Source: Girardia tigrina (taxonomy: Eukaryota). From it: a stretch of DNA of 55,042 bases. The DNA lies in assembly GCA_001938485.1 (NCBI GenBank), contig MQRK01209022.1:1-55042 (forward strand), in the 5' to 3' direction. Positions 38,981-51,888 of this stretch are shown piece by piece (position 1 is the stretch's first letter; each line of letters begins with the position of its first letter). The notes below the pieces were generated by a model. It saw only the letters and a list, made by a program, of their open reading frames with translations. It was not told the origin of the DNA and ran no database searches. The translations under genes were made by a program, and so were the position numbers.

Positions 38981-40169
38981 TCCAAAAAACAGACTGATTT
39001 TGATACATTACAAATTAAAGATATAAATATAAACTAATATGTATCCAAAACATTATTATTATTATTTCTGACAGGTCGTGACTCAAATTACTGATTAATT
39101 TAATGAAAATATTAATTTATTAATGTAGTGTTTTATAAAAATATATAATAAAATCATATTATAATTGTACGTACATTTGTATCTGGCACTAAAATAGCCT
39201 TACAGACAAGTAAATAAAGCATCAAACTAAAGCAAGATTAAAAAAAATTACAAAGATAAGCAAAGCTAAATTTATTCATAACCAAAGTGATTTCAACAAT
39301 TTCCTTTAATTAGTAAAGTTAGATATTTTGATTTTTTAAGTGGGCGAAGCAATAATAAAAAATTTTAGTTTTTTTATCTTTCGTTGAGAAAACTTTAAGA
39401 ATTATTATCAACAATTTTATAGTTTTTTTATCATGACAATTCACTAAATTATTGAGGAGTTGTTAGGTAAAAATTTAAAAAATTTTCTGAGAGGTTTTAC
39501 CACATATGTAACTGGTAAATACTGGTAAATACCAAGTTGATACTTCTGTTAGAGTGATTATGTAAATCAATAACCAATGTGTGAATTGAAGACTATATTA
39601 ATAGCTAACCATTAGAGATATTTTAAAGGATAACCGGGAAAAAAGATCATGAAAAAGGATAACATATTATTAAAAAATATTAATGTTTTTTGGTAAAAAA
39701 TTGAATAACTTTTTGTAGGAAATGAAATTATTCGTGATTTTAAATAACAAGTTAATGAAAAAACAATATGTAAAAGAAAAAATATATTCAAAATAAATCC
39801 CAATTGTGAGGAATATTTTAAATTTTGTATGTTGATTTTAGTATTTGGAAATGTGTTTCTCCCACCCAGATTGGAAATTTATATTTTGGATGTTCCCGAT
39901 GAATAGCGTAATACCACCAGAGATACAATTTTTAATTACATACTTTGTAATAAAAGATTCACTTCAAATACGCAAAAAAAAACAAATTTTGAGATTCTCA
40001 TATTCTTTTTTGTTTATTACTGAATTGTCCTTATCTAAATATACAATTTATCTGTAACGCTACTTTAGATCTTATTTTGAGTCGATTGTTTTCGAATTGT
40101 CCGACAGAAGGGAGCATCTGGGCCCATAGAGATGATCCCTCACACAATCAATGACAGATCCCATCGTCT

Positions 40170-40360
40170 TGATCGAATTTTGACAACACCACCGAACAAT
40201 TCGGAATCAACACCAAACACGACACGAACAGATCCACCAAATCATCCCTGATGTCCATCTTATCGATCAGACAGTCGTAATAGAAACACAATTCATCGAG
40301 AATCTTCTCTCGAATTCTAGATAAATGTTCTCGATCGATCGACTTAAATTTTGACGTGTC
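40170..40360 (-). pseudogene. NCKAP1: Fragment of Nck-associated protein 1 / Hem (WAVE complex)
   Basis: KFKSIDREHLSRIREKILDELCFYYDCLIDKMDIRDDLVDL...SVVLSKFD aligns by eye with the NAP1/Hem region EIIKSLSLYY.TFVDLLDFKD.V.ELL...IVLSRVED, with an internal deletion. Confidence 0.65.
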
Positions 40361-40484
40361 TGGTGCAAAACAATTAATTAGAGAAATATTTCGATCAAAT
40401 ATTTCCCATGGCAAAAACCGATCAAAAGGCGTGCTGCATCATGTTAAGGCCATAACGGCGCATGATAAATTCACCGAGGATCTA

Positions 40485-40649
40485 GAATCCGATGTCACTT
40501 TAGATGTCAAACCCGATGTCCTCAATGGCGTGCCCGATGAACAGACTCGTGTTAGAAATGCCAGAACATTTACGCCAGCTAAAAACGCGATGCAATCTGG
40601 AACCTCTTGCACGAGGAATTGGAGAATCGAATTCGATCAGCAAGAGAGA
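40485..40649 (+). pseudogene. NDUFS4: Fragment of complex I subunit NDUFS4
   Basis: GVPDEQTRVRNARTFTPAKNAMQSGTSCTRNWRIEFDQQER versus the conserved [41 protein letters not shown]. Similarity stops abruptly before WENPLMGW. Confidence 0.9.
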
Positions 40650-40994
40650 GATGTTCGAAACAAGTCGGAAACGATAATGACGAAAATATCGGACGACAAA
40701 CGTTGGGGCTCACCTGACGTCAGTGAGATTGATAATTTAAGCCCCCGCGTCCCGCAGTCCACCCCACAGCTCCAAGACGCCGCAGCCATCAAGCTGCGCT
40801 GGCTCTCGCACCACCAGTTATGATCCACGTAAATTAACAAAGACGGATTTATATCAATGACAGATTATCCATGATATTAAATTATTCGTTAAGACAATAA
40901 TCAGTTTCTGGAAGATCAGCTTCTCGTTTGAATGCGACTTCCTGTAGTTCAAAATCCAGGATATCGAATCCCAGATATTATATTTTCGATATTA

Positions 40995-42240
40995 TATCAC
41001 CTATCGATGAAATCATTGATTTGTGTGAAAAGATGTGGGAGGACAACTCTGTGAATAAAATAATGAACAAGCAAGCACTGAAAGAACTTCATAAATTTTG
41101 TGCCAAAAATGTGCCTTTTCTTTTTAATGATGAGTGGTACATTCAGGAAGACGGTGTCGCAATGGGTTCCCCATTAGCACCAACTTTGGCATCAATATTT
41201 ATGAAGTCGCTTGAGGATAAAATGAATGCATNNNNNNNNNNNNNNNNNNNNNNNNNNNNNNNNNNNNNNNNNNNNNNNNNNNNNNNNNNNNNNNNNNNNN
41301 NNNNNNNNNNNNNNNNNNNNNNNNNNNNNNNNNNNNNNNNNNNNNNNNNNNNNNNNNNNNNNNNNNNNNNNNNNNNNNNNNNNNNNNNNNNNNNNNNNNN
41401 NNNNNNNNNNNNNNNNNNNNNNNNNNNNNNNNNNNNNNNNNNNNNNNNNNNNNNNNNNNNNNNNNNNNNNNNNNNNNNNNNNNNNNNNNNNNNNNNNNNN
41501 NNNNNNNNNNNNNNNNNNNNNNNNNNNNNNNNNNNNNNNNNNNNNNNNNNNNNNNNNNNNNNNNNNNNNNNNNNNNNNNNNNNNNNNNNNNNNNNNNNNN
41601 NNNNNNNNNNNNNNNNNNNNNNNNNNNNNNNNNNNNNNNNNNNNNNNNNNNNNNNNNNNNNNNNNNNNNNNNNNNNNNNNNNNNNNNNNNNNNNNNNNNN
41701 NNNNNNNNNNNNNNNNNNNNNNNNNNNNNNNNNNNNNNNNNNNNNNNNNNNNNNNNNNNNNNNNNNNNNNNNNNNNNNNNNNNNNNNNNNNNNNNNNNNN
41801 NNNNNNNNNNNNNNNNNNNNNNNNNNNNNNNNNNNNNNNNNNNNNNNNNNNNNNNNNNNNNNNNNNNNNNNNNNNNNNNNNNNNNNNNNNNNNNNNNNNN
41901 NNNNNNNNNNNNNNNNNNNNNNNNNNNNNNNNNNNNNNNNNNNNNNNNNNNNNNNNNNNNNNNNNNNNNNNNNNNNNNNNNNNNNNNNNNNNNNNNNNNN
42001 NNNNNNNNNNNNNNNNNNNNNNNNNNNNNNNNNNNNNNNNNNNNNNNNNNNNNNNNNNNNNNNNNNNNNNNNNNNNNNNNNNNNNNNNNNNNNNNNNNNN
42101 NNNNNNNNNNNNNNNNNNNNNNNNNNNNNNNNNNNNNNNNNNNNNNNNNNNNNNNNNNNNNNNNNNNNNNNNNNNNNNNNNNNNNNNNNNNNNNNNNNNN
42201 NNNNNNNNNNNNNNNAACATGTCCAATAGTTGTATAAAAA
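40995..42240 (+). mobile_element. 5'-truncated Penelope-like element (RT; mostly in gap)
   Basis: PIDEIIDLC...NVPFLFNDEWYIQEDGVAMGSPLAPTLASIFMKSLE. Sequence resumes after the gap with AACATGTC, which fits the 3' end of a pLTR hammerhead (GAAACATGTC). Confidence 0.85.
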
Positions 42241-42293
42241 AAGCTTTAATCAAATTATATTTTCGAAATACTAAACTTGCGTTCACAAGACTC

Positions 42294-42335
<42 letters not shown>

Positions 42336-44111
42336 GCACGTTTAAATTTAGCCGATAAAATAAAGTTAACTGTCTTTGCCTGATCAATTTATTATTTATA
42401 CTAAGAGCTGTACCTCGCAAATAATGCTTTCATGTATTGTCGGCGGATCGAAGCTTCGGCAGTGAGACCTGATTGTCGCGTGTCTTGTCTTGGGCGGCCG
42501 GATACTGCAATGCACCAAAGGGAGCGCCGATCGCCGACTCACAAATCTTACCGTATTTTGATGGCGTGTAAGAAATTCTGAAGGGGCTGCAATCATACAC
42601 GAAAGTAATTTTGCCACAGAAGTTGGAATTGACCGCGTGTTGTCACCGAAGTTCGCAACTCCATCGTGTCATTCTCGGCAAATCGGTTGCTTGTCGTCTT
42701 GACGGATCATCGATGTTGAAATTCGATGAATTGACAGACGAGTTGTTGTGGTGACTGTTCATTGACATAAATCCAATGGTTTCATGAAAATGTTCTCTTC
42801 GTCGTTTCGAATTGTTATTATTGTTACTATTGTCGCCGATATTATTCGAATTCAACGGTTTATTTTGATCGAAAAACGTTGGATGATAGCGTTTTCTCGT
42901 CGAACGATTTATTTTATTGGTGTTGGTCGATAAAATTATCGATTAAAGGAAATCAAACATTCACAACATAAATTCAAAGAATTATTATCAACTTCATATC
43001 GGTTTAGCGGAAACTTTTTCGTTAAAAGTTATATAATTATTATAATAGAAAATTTGAAAAATCGAAAAATTTATTTGTGAATATTTAAAAAAAATTTTTA
43101 TCGATGTTTTTTAATTAACTTTTTTTATTTACATTTATAAAGTTTTTAATGCTCTAATGTTGTCAGATAATTTTTTTTAATTTTAAAAGTGAAAGAAAAA
43201 GTAAAATTGATTAATATTAAAATTTGTTAGTTACTGGGCACTACAATGTGGTACCTCGTATAAGTTACTTTTGGGAAGTATTTTAACTACTGTTTAACAG
43301 TTTTAATCAATGTCTTCAACTGGCCGAGCAGCTTGTAATTTGCTTCAATAAAACAAGGAAAACGATTTTAAAAGTATTTATTTTCACTAAACACGCTTTT
43401 CAAATATCCCTCAACTAACAATATTCAACAAAATCTAATTAATCATTATAATATTAAATAAATTATTGCCAGAAAATAAGATGATATCAGAACAAAATAA
43501 AATTTATTCAGGACCCAAGAAAGCGCTTTGAAACATTAACAAACAACAGGACGAATATGAACAACATAAACTTGAATTTTTTTATTCCACCCTTTTGGTA
43601 TTTAAACTGATTGTCTCTTCTAAATCCATTATACTCTTCACTCCCCATAATATTTTGTTTATTAACCCCTCCGAAAATGTTTTGAAAATAATTTTGTTCG
43701 TTATTTTTATTCTCTTTTATGGACTTTTGTAATAAAAACCTCTTATCTTTTTCAGTATTTTATTGTTAATAATAATAGTTTTTTGGTGTTTCTATGTTTG
43801 TTACATTTGTTACAATTACAAATCTTGTTAAATTTTTTATATTTGTTAAATCAGTTAAATGTTATACTTGTAAATCTGTAAAATCGGTTAAATTTATATA
43901 ATGTAGATAAATTAGGTTAGATTTATTTGTATGTACAAATGATCTTAACTTTTTCATTTGTTAAAGAAAAAATGTCATATGAGCCGATCATTTAAAATAA
44001 TAGAAAACGGTATATAATAACAGAAATTAAATTAATCAATAAAAAATATTTAGAGTTATATTATTCATTACAATATATTTGCTTAAAGATATATCAAATC
44101 AAGTTATTATA

Positions 44112-44460
44112 AATGGTATCTGAAGAATAATCAAGATTTATCAAGTTATCAAGAATTAACAAGAATCGTACTATACTCGAGTTATAGAAATTTGAAGAAA
44201 TTATCGATGTGGTCGTTATAAGAGACTCATTGACCGGTAAATCATGTATAGCGATTCGCCGTCTGTGGATGAGGCACAAAGCAATCTATCATACGAAGTC
44301 GACGTGATCAAAGTCGATTTGAAAAACCCAATGCCAAAAGAAGACACTTAAACAGAATTTTGCACAACCGTCAATCGATTAAAACAAAGATTGACCACCG
44401 ACGAATTATGCCATTTTTTCGGTGAATGTGGAGATGTCGCTAATGCCATTAAATCAAGCT
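44112..44460 (+). pseudogene. Intronless, decayed hnRNP A1/A2-like tandem-RRM pseudogene
   Basis: FEEIIDVVVIRDSLTGKS, YSDSPSVDEAQSN..YEVD..KVDLKNPMPKED and LTTDELCHFFGECGDV match the hnRNP A1 RRM1, linker and RRM2 start. Contains stops and deletions. Confidence 0.7.
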
Positions 44461-45090
44461 TGGAAGACCAATATATCTAATCTGATGCATCCTTTACAAC
44501 AACATATCAAATCGAGATAGAGTCGAACTAATAAAATTCAAAACGATCAGTCATATTTTGATGACTCTGAGAAGAAAAATATTTGGTCGAGAGTTTACTC
44601 AAGTTACCAAAAGTGGCCGACAATGAATCATCTGAAGACAAAGAATCAAGTCGCGTCATCAGAAGAGCGTTGATTGACGATATATGGTACCATCGAGGTC
44701 TATTGACTGAGGACATCAAGTATGCTATTGGAAATATTGTTGATTATTTATCAGAAATGTAAGCATCAATACCTTACCGATACGTACAAAAATCTTATGA
44801 AGATAAATAAATAAATAAATTGATTACGTACATAATATCAAACCCAGTAATAGAAGAATGACAAACATAATCGACAAACCGAATATCCAATTGATTAAGA
44901 CTAAAACTTTGGACATATCTAAATTATCATATAATCTAGTCTATTCTACTATTTAAATTCTTTTCTGGAAAATATTGTATCAGAGGTAGGAACATAGCAT
45001 AACCTTCACAAAATTTGATAAACATCTTGATTAATTTAAAATTTTAAATAATATGATAATTTTAAAAATAAAATAAATACAGAAATATAC

Positions 45091-45465
45091 ATGACAACGT
45101 GTAGTTATAACAATACTAAATTAATTTGTTAAAGTCAACATCATTCAGAAAATTTAATAAGATTTCTTATTAAAATCAACAATATAACGTACTCATTACT
45201 AACAACACACATTTCTAAAACTTCTGAATTATACGACTATATAACAAAAAATTTTAAAATTCCTAAATCTCCAACATTATTTTTAACGATTAATGACAAT
45301 CTAGTAGAAAAATCAGCTTCAGAATTATCTAATTTTCGTTTAATCGGAGAAAATTTTAATTTACAAATACATTTCAAATTACGTGGTGGTTCAAATCTTG
45401 ATGGCAATTGTAGAATAAATTCACAAACGCAACAAACGCATATTGCATACGTAAAACTCTTTTAG
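45091..45465 (+). pseudogene. Divergent ubiquitin-like domain ending in KLRGG, fused to a short C-terminal extension; one in-frame TAA at 45130
   Basis: LIRFLIKINNITYSLL...TSELYDYITKNFKIP...LFLTINDNLV...LSNF...NLQIHFKLRGG|SNLDG shows a beta-grasp-like pattern and length (~79 aa). Confidence 0.55.
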
Positions 45466-45527
45466 ATTCACAGAATTCAGCGTCATCTTGGTTTCAGATC
45501 CATGAATGTTTTTTTCTAGAGCATTCT

Positions 45528-46290
45528 GAGAGTGCTACATCTGAAGATGTTAAATTATCCATTAAATTGCTACGTCGTATTTGTATAATCACAAATTTAA
45601 CAACCTATTTATATTGATATTTATTTACTAATTTTTAGATTTATATTTATTTATTATTTATTTATGAGTGCTATATTACATAAATTAAATAATTATATAT
45701 CCTTATTATATTATTACCTAACAACATTATGTTGTTAGGATATTAAATTAAAAATTTTAATTTAAATAAATCGATTTAAATCATAATATTATCAGAAATT
45801 TTTATTCAAAACAGAATTCTCCATTTTTTTGGGATCAAAGAAATCGTCTGTCCTCATATTTATTATCCACGAATCTACCTACAGAAAAGAGAAACCGACG
45901 AACATTGTCCTTCATATCTATTTTCCTCCAATCTATCTACAGGAAAGAGGAACCAACGAACGTTGTCATTCATCATATTTGTTTCCCACAAATATCCCTA
46001 CAGAAAAGAGAAGACTAACAAAAGAAAAGTACTTTATTATTTGAACTTTATCTAAAAGACCTACTTCTATAATATCCCTGTGATTCCACATCTTTTTCCT
46101 TCTTTTACTCTTTCTATTAGTTGTTCAAAAAAATCTTTTTTCACATATTATTATAGTTAATTTAGTATATTGTCTTAAATTATTTGATAATTACACATAT
46201 ACTTTAAAAATAATTTCATTAGTAATCTAAGGCTTGTTTGATCGGTGAGAGTGCTACATCTAAAGATGTTAAATTATCCATTAAATTGCT
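45528..46290 (+). repeat. ~45-bp direct repeat pair (~45528-45572 and ~46247-46291)
   Basis: gagagtgctacatct(g/a)aagatgttaaattatccattaaattgcta occurs twice. Confidence 0.85.
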
Positions 46291-46489
46291 AAGTTGTATT
46301 TATGCAATAAGTGAGAGAGGTAGTAACAAGTTGTCATTACGGACTTCTTCAAGAAAATGTAGTGGCTTCTTTAATAAATTAAATATATATTATTTGTTTT
46401 GGATTCATCACATCTATTGATCATCTATTAAAAAAAAGAAAAATATTGTTTTTGTACTTAGTAAATGTTTGTTCAAATTTATATTTTAG

Positions 46490-46572
46490 GCTAACTCGAT
46501 ACAACGTCACCCTCACCTTGCGCCGCTTTTTGGCAGGTCCCGAGAGCGGCATTATAACGAGAGTAGACTGTA
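46490..46572. mobile_element. pogo/Tigger-like terminus
   Basis: TTATAACGAGAGTAGACTG|TA, i.e. TA|CAGTCTACTCTCGTTATAA on the minus strand. Confidence 0.5.
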
Positions 46573-46584
46573 TTTTTTTTTAGT

Positions 46585-46820
46585 TTTAGTTTCACTAATA
46601 ATGAGAGTTCTCTTCATTGGTGATCCTATTTTTACAAACTAAGAATATCAATGGTCGAATGACAAACTCAGACTATGTGCGTGTGTCGAGTTTCCCGTTT
46701 CAGAACCGAGTTGTGTATTGTGTCGAAGAATGAGAATGTAATCTCGTTATAATTTGCTACCCACTCTAGCCAATTAGTAGTGGGAGAACATTGAATATTT
46801 AATTCACTCTCACTTTTTTA
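46585..46820 (+). repeat. Dispersed repeat, copy 1 (copy 2 at ~50000-50355 with a ~130-bp insertion)
   Basis: Shared gaatgacaaactcagactatgtgcgtgtgtcgagtttcccg...gtgggagaacattgaa...ttcactctcactttt. Confidence 0.9.
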
Positions 46821-48149
46821 ATTAAGAAATGTTTTTCGTAAAAGGTTTTATTTTTGGTGGTCTTATTTATGGAAAAAAAGACTTATAAAATATCTTGTCT
46901 TAATTTTGAAAAAACCGGTATATCACAATTATTACAAAAATTCAACAACAAATTTTCAAAATTACAAAACTTTTTCGATATTCACATAAATTTGTAAGTC
47001 GAAAACGTTCACCTCAAAACGTAAGAGACAAAACCATAAAATTCGTAACAAAATATGACTAGGGCAATTCAATATTAAAACGCTAAATTTCAAATGAAAT
47101 TACCAGTCATAAAATCTGAAGTTAAAATTCAAAAACTGGAGACAAAAAAAAATCGAAATTAAAATCGGTCTACTTTTTTCAAGGAAATGGAAACGGGCAA
47201 ATGCCTCTGATTGACTAGGCATTTAGAGTGAGTCAACAACATACCTGCACGATGACTCAGTATGTCTCAACACTCTAAGCCCGAATGAAGAATATTCTTT
47301 AGATTTTTAAAAAACATAATTAATTAGAAAACTTAATAACTATTTACTACAATAAGCCGAAAATTGTCAAATTATAAGGGTTGCAATGGTTGTGTTCTAC
47401 GGTGAAGATATTTCTAAGAAACTAAGAAAATATGCAGTTTCCAGAAAAAACAATTCTTTAGTGAGAGATATTCATCAAAATAGGAGCCTGATCTCATTTT
47501 AGCTATTAAATATTGATCGAGAGTATCACCATATAAATGGAATTCCTTCAACAAATAGAAGATTGATGATATATGTTTTGAATTTCCGATAAATCTTTTA
47601 CAAACCAAGTATAACTGTAGTTCAAAAGAGACTGACAGGAATAAATTAGTATTATCATAACTATCAACTGTTATTGGGTAGGATTTTTGATGAATAAATC
47701 CCAACTAGTTTTTTCATTTATCTGATTGAATTTTTTAAATCAACTTAGTTCAACTTAGCGTTTTTAAATCGAAAGTGTCATTTTTTTCTCCTACTTCATC
47801 AATACTCGAGTTCCCAGAAAACGCTTCTCTTAAACTCTAAAATTTCTCTGTTAGATATGGATTAACCATTTAAATTTTGTATATATATTTTGTAATTCAT
47901 TTTAATTAGGAATAAGAGTACTGGCTCTCATAAAAGCAGCTGAAACTTTTATAGAACATAAAACTCATCTTTGAAAAGTCATCATCTTTTATTCTTAAAA
48001 ATAGATTTAATGAGAGATTTAATGATTAGACTTAAAAAAACAAAATATTTACAAATAAATTTTATTTAACTTTCATGCACATAAGGAAAGTAGGAAGAGA
48101 ATAAAATATTTATTAGACTTAGTAAATTTATTAATTTCTCGGTAAACAA

Positions 48150-48960
48150 TTCGAGGCTGTGAAAGAATGTAGCAATTACCCTTTAATCAAATTGAGAGAA
48201 ATTAAAGGCGTCTGATATTATCTTTCAATGCCAAGTGTTCTACGACCATTGATTCCTAAAACTTTATGGGAAAAATGAATCACATTCGTGAACAATTTTG
48301 TACACTATGGGTGCCTTTGTACTAACAATTTATTGGCTGAACAAGCATGCTGGTTTAACATGCGTAAAGACGTAAGACATTTCGTAAAATCTTTTGTCAT
48401 TTGTAACTTAAAAAACCTAAGGGCAGACAAAGAATCAAACATTTAAAAATCGAATACTGAGACATATTCGATGTAATTCATGCCCACATAATTGGCCCTT
48501 TACCTTCCAATCGTGAAAGAAAATACATTGTCATTATAATATATCTTCATTCTTCTTGGTTTGAGGCCGTTCCTGTTCGAGATATCTCAGCCCAAAATGT
48601 AACAAAGGTTATCTATGAACACTGAGTTTTTAGATTTTGATTCCCGACCAAGTTAAACAATTCGAATCGAAATTATTCAAAACTTTTGTATGACTTATGA
48701 CATCATAAAGATTAGAACTTATCCATATAATCCCAATTCAAACGGCAAAGTAGAGATATTCAACAGATACTTTAAACAATCTTTATGACTGAAAGGTAAT
48801 GATTCAAACTGGTTACACAATCTGCCTGAAGCACCTTTGGCCTTACGTTTAAAGCCTAGTTCAGCATTAGGAATCTCAGCCTTGGAAAAGTTGTGTAGGA
48901 AGAAAACGTTCGTTAAATTGTTCAACTACATCCCACTAGTCAAACCTAATTTACAAGCAA
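48150..48960 (+). pseudogene. Ty3/gypsy integrase remnant
   Basis: FDVIHAHIIGPLPS...KYIV...WFEAVPVRDISA...QFES.LF...RTYPYNPNSNGKVEIFNR. Confidence 0.88.
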
Positions 48961-50715
48961 AAGAAGCAAACGCTTATATCTAAGTTAATAATCTAACAAC
49001 TTTCAGAAATCGTTTCATTGGTCCTACCAAGGCAAATGACTTCAACAACAATACCGATCAACTCTTCTCAAATTCCATTTATGGTCTTAAGAATCAGTGG
49101 AACTTAAAATTAGTACCACTGAATGTACATTCCACTTCTGAAAGGATGGTTTATGTATAAAGATCCTTTTAAATTGTCTATTATATAATTATTATTATTC
49201 GTAACTTTATTTCGTAATTCATTATTATAAAAAAACAATTATTCTTACTATTTTACATTTTATTTTATAATTTATTATATACCTACTTGGACTTTGTTAT
49301 AATTAGTATTATGTGTATTTCGGTATTGCTTTATTTGTCAGTATTATTTAAACTTTTTTTTATTTTATTTATGTTTTATATAAGATTATTATCATTTTAT
49401 CTAGCGTTATTTATTTATTATTTTTAAAACATTAATTATTATGTAAATTATCATCTTAACAATATAACGTCATTAAGATTATAATTAAATTACAAAAATT
49501 AAGTAAATAAAAATAAATAAATAATTATTTATTAATTTCGACAATTAATTATTATCAAGGTGTCCTGAAGTCGGAATATTTCTGCTGTGAACATTTTCCC
49601 AATTCATTATCTGAAACATTTATTTTTTTTGAATAAAGAAAAGAAAAAAAATTGTCTAGAATATCTTTTCGATAATTCATTCCATTATATATCAAAGAAA
49701 ATCATATTCCCAATCATACAATTTCATAAACGAATCTAATAAACATCTAATTCATTTATACATTCAATATCGAACGAAATGGTGTGTACATTGAAGTTAA
49801 AATACATTATTATCCCAAGGAATTTCGATAAATCAAAGTAACTAATTTTTTAACTATTCCTCCTAAAAAGACTCCTTTTCTTGTTTCGTGATCTCATGTT
49901 TGTGACTTCGTTATTTCCTTCTGTTTAATTTATTATAATTACATAATTCAAATACTATCCGTAAGCCTTTACTTATTTTATTTGGTTTTATAGTTAAAAT
50001 TAGTTTCACTCATGAGGGTTCTGTTCATTGGTGAACCTATTTTTAAGGTTTATAATATTTTTAATTGTTCAGAATTTAAATTCTAATTATTATTATTATT
50101 ATTATATATTTTTTTCAATCATCTTCCCGAGCAAATCAAATCGACATATTTATTTTTCCCGCAAAAAAATTCAAACTAAGAACCGACGTTCGAATGACAA
50201 ACTCAGACTATGTGCGTGTGTCGAGTTTCCCGTGTCAGAATCGATTTGTGTGTTGTTTCGAAGAATGAGAATGTAAACTCGTTATAATTTGCTACCCAAT
50301 CTAGCAAACTAATAGTGGGAGAACATTGAATTTTTAATTCACTCTCACTTTTTTAATCAACAAATATTTTATATTGTATTTGAAATTGTGATTGAATGAT
50401 ATTGAGAATAAAATTTGTCAATAAACGAATTTTTTGAAGACTATTAAATTTCTAAATCCGACCAAAATGATCTCGTGGAATGAACTTATTATAAAACAGG
50501 TCAAACACATCGAGTCTGAGCTCTAAATTTCTACAACCACCGTCCAGTTTTTGGGGCAACCTGGATATCGGGCGAAACAAATATAAATATGTACAATAAT
50601 AGACACATTGCATTTTCCAATAAAAATCTATCGTAATCACGGACTTTTCATGTTTCCAATCGGATTCATTTTGAATATAATTAATAAAATAATATAATAT
50701 AATAAAAATAATTAA

Positions 50716-50767
<52 letters not shown>

Positions 50768-51199
50768 TGTATTTGTTTTTTACTATAACATTAAAACATG
50801 ATTTGTAATGTGGACTCAATGAATTCTAAATGACAAAAGTATTTTTTATAGAATTACTTAATAGTTATGTAAGGATGATTTGTAAATTATGATTGTTGAT
50901 TTAATTCGTGTAACTTCGCTATTAATGTTTTTTGAATATTTTTATGACTCTCTAAGTGTTTGTATTTATTTATTTTTTGTATATTATGTATATTTTATAA
51001 GAAATACGTGTACAAAGAATTTACAATTTGTACATTGTTTATTGAAAAATAAATTTTATTAATGCTTTACGACCGGTTTTTTGAATAAAATAAGACAAGC
51101 GTCAATTTTCGACAATGAACTTAAATCAATAAAGTCGATTTCAAGTGCTTTCTTTGTTTTTAGCAATAATTAAAATCTATATAATTTTAATAAGAGTAC

Positions 51200-51424
51200 A
51201 ACACCTGGTTTACACATTACTTCACATGGATTTTCAGATAATACTTGGCATCTACAGGTTTTACGAGAATCACTGTTACAATAATACCAACATGTATACC
51301 CATACCAGTAATCGGAGCATAACGTTTTTAAACCCAAATCTATAATCATTTTTGTGAAAAAACTGTCTACCAACCCGTAAACTGAAAATAAGTGATAATC
51401 GTTCGGTTTCAAAAATAGAAACAA
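51200..51424 (-). pseudogene. DSL (Delta/Serrate/LAG-2)-like cysteine-rich exon
   Basis: LCSDYWYGYTCWYYCNSDSRKTCRC...CEVMCKPG fits C...YYG..C..YC...C..G; upstream sequence is disrupted. Confidence 0.45.
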
Positions 51425-51844
51425 TTGAATTCCTTCAATTATCGATGTAAAATATGCATTGGGCGAACCAATTTCACCAATCGAGTAACCAACGGAAAAA
51501 CCCTATTAACACATTTCGAAAATAAAGCACATTAACTTTAGATAATAAAACTGAGATGAATAATCAGAATCTGATGATATAACAAAATATAAATTACAAT
51601 AATACTATAACGGAAGATCACAAGGCAATATTTTTACGTTCGTATTACGTATTCAAAATTACGTTCGTAATTTTGAAATCAAGCAGTTTTACAAAATAGT
51701 TAAACAAAGTAGTATTAAGTTATATAAAGCTACAGCTATATCAGTTATATAAAACTACATGACTATCTTAGCAAAATTAAAATTATTACTAATATATATT
51801 TAATACGATTAGTAAATGTAACCAGAAACTGAAATCAAATTTAT

Positions 51845-51888
<44 letters not shown>

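Noticed and set aside
46585-50355. Direct repeats as the LTR pair of the enclosed integrase
   Set aside because: No TG...CA ends, PBS, PPT or TSD found, and the internal gag-like (47400-47870, minus) and integrase (plus) remnants are in opposite orientations.
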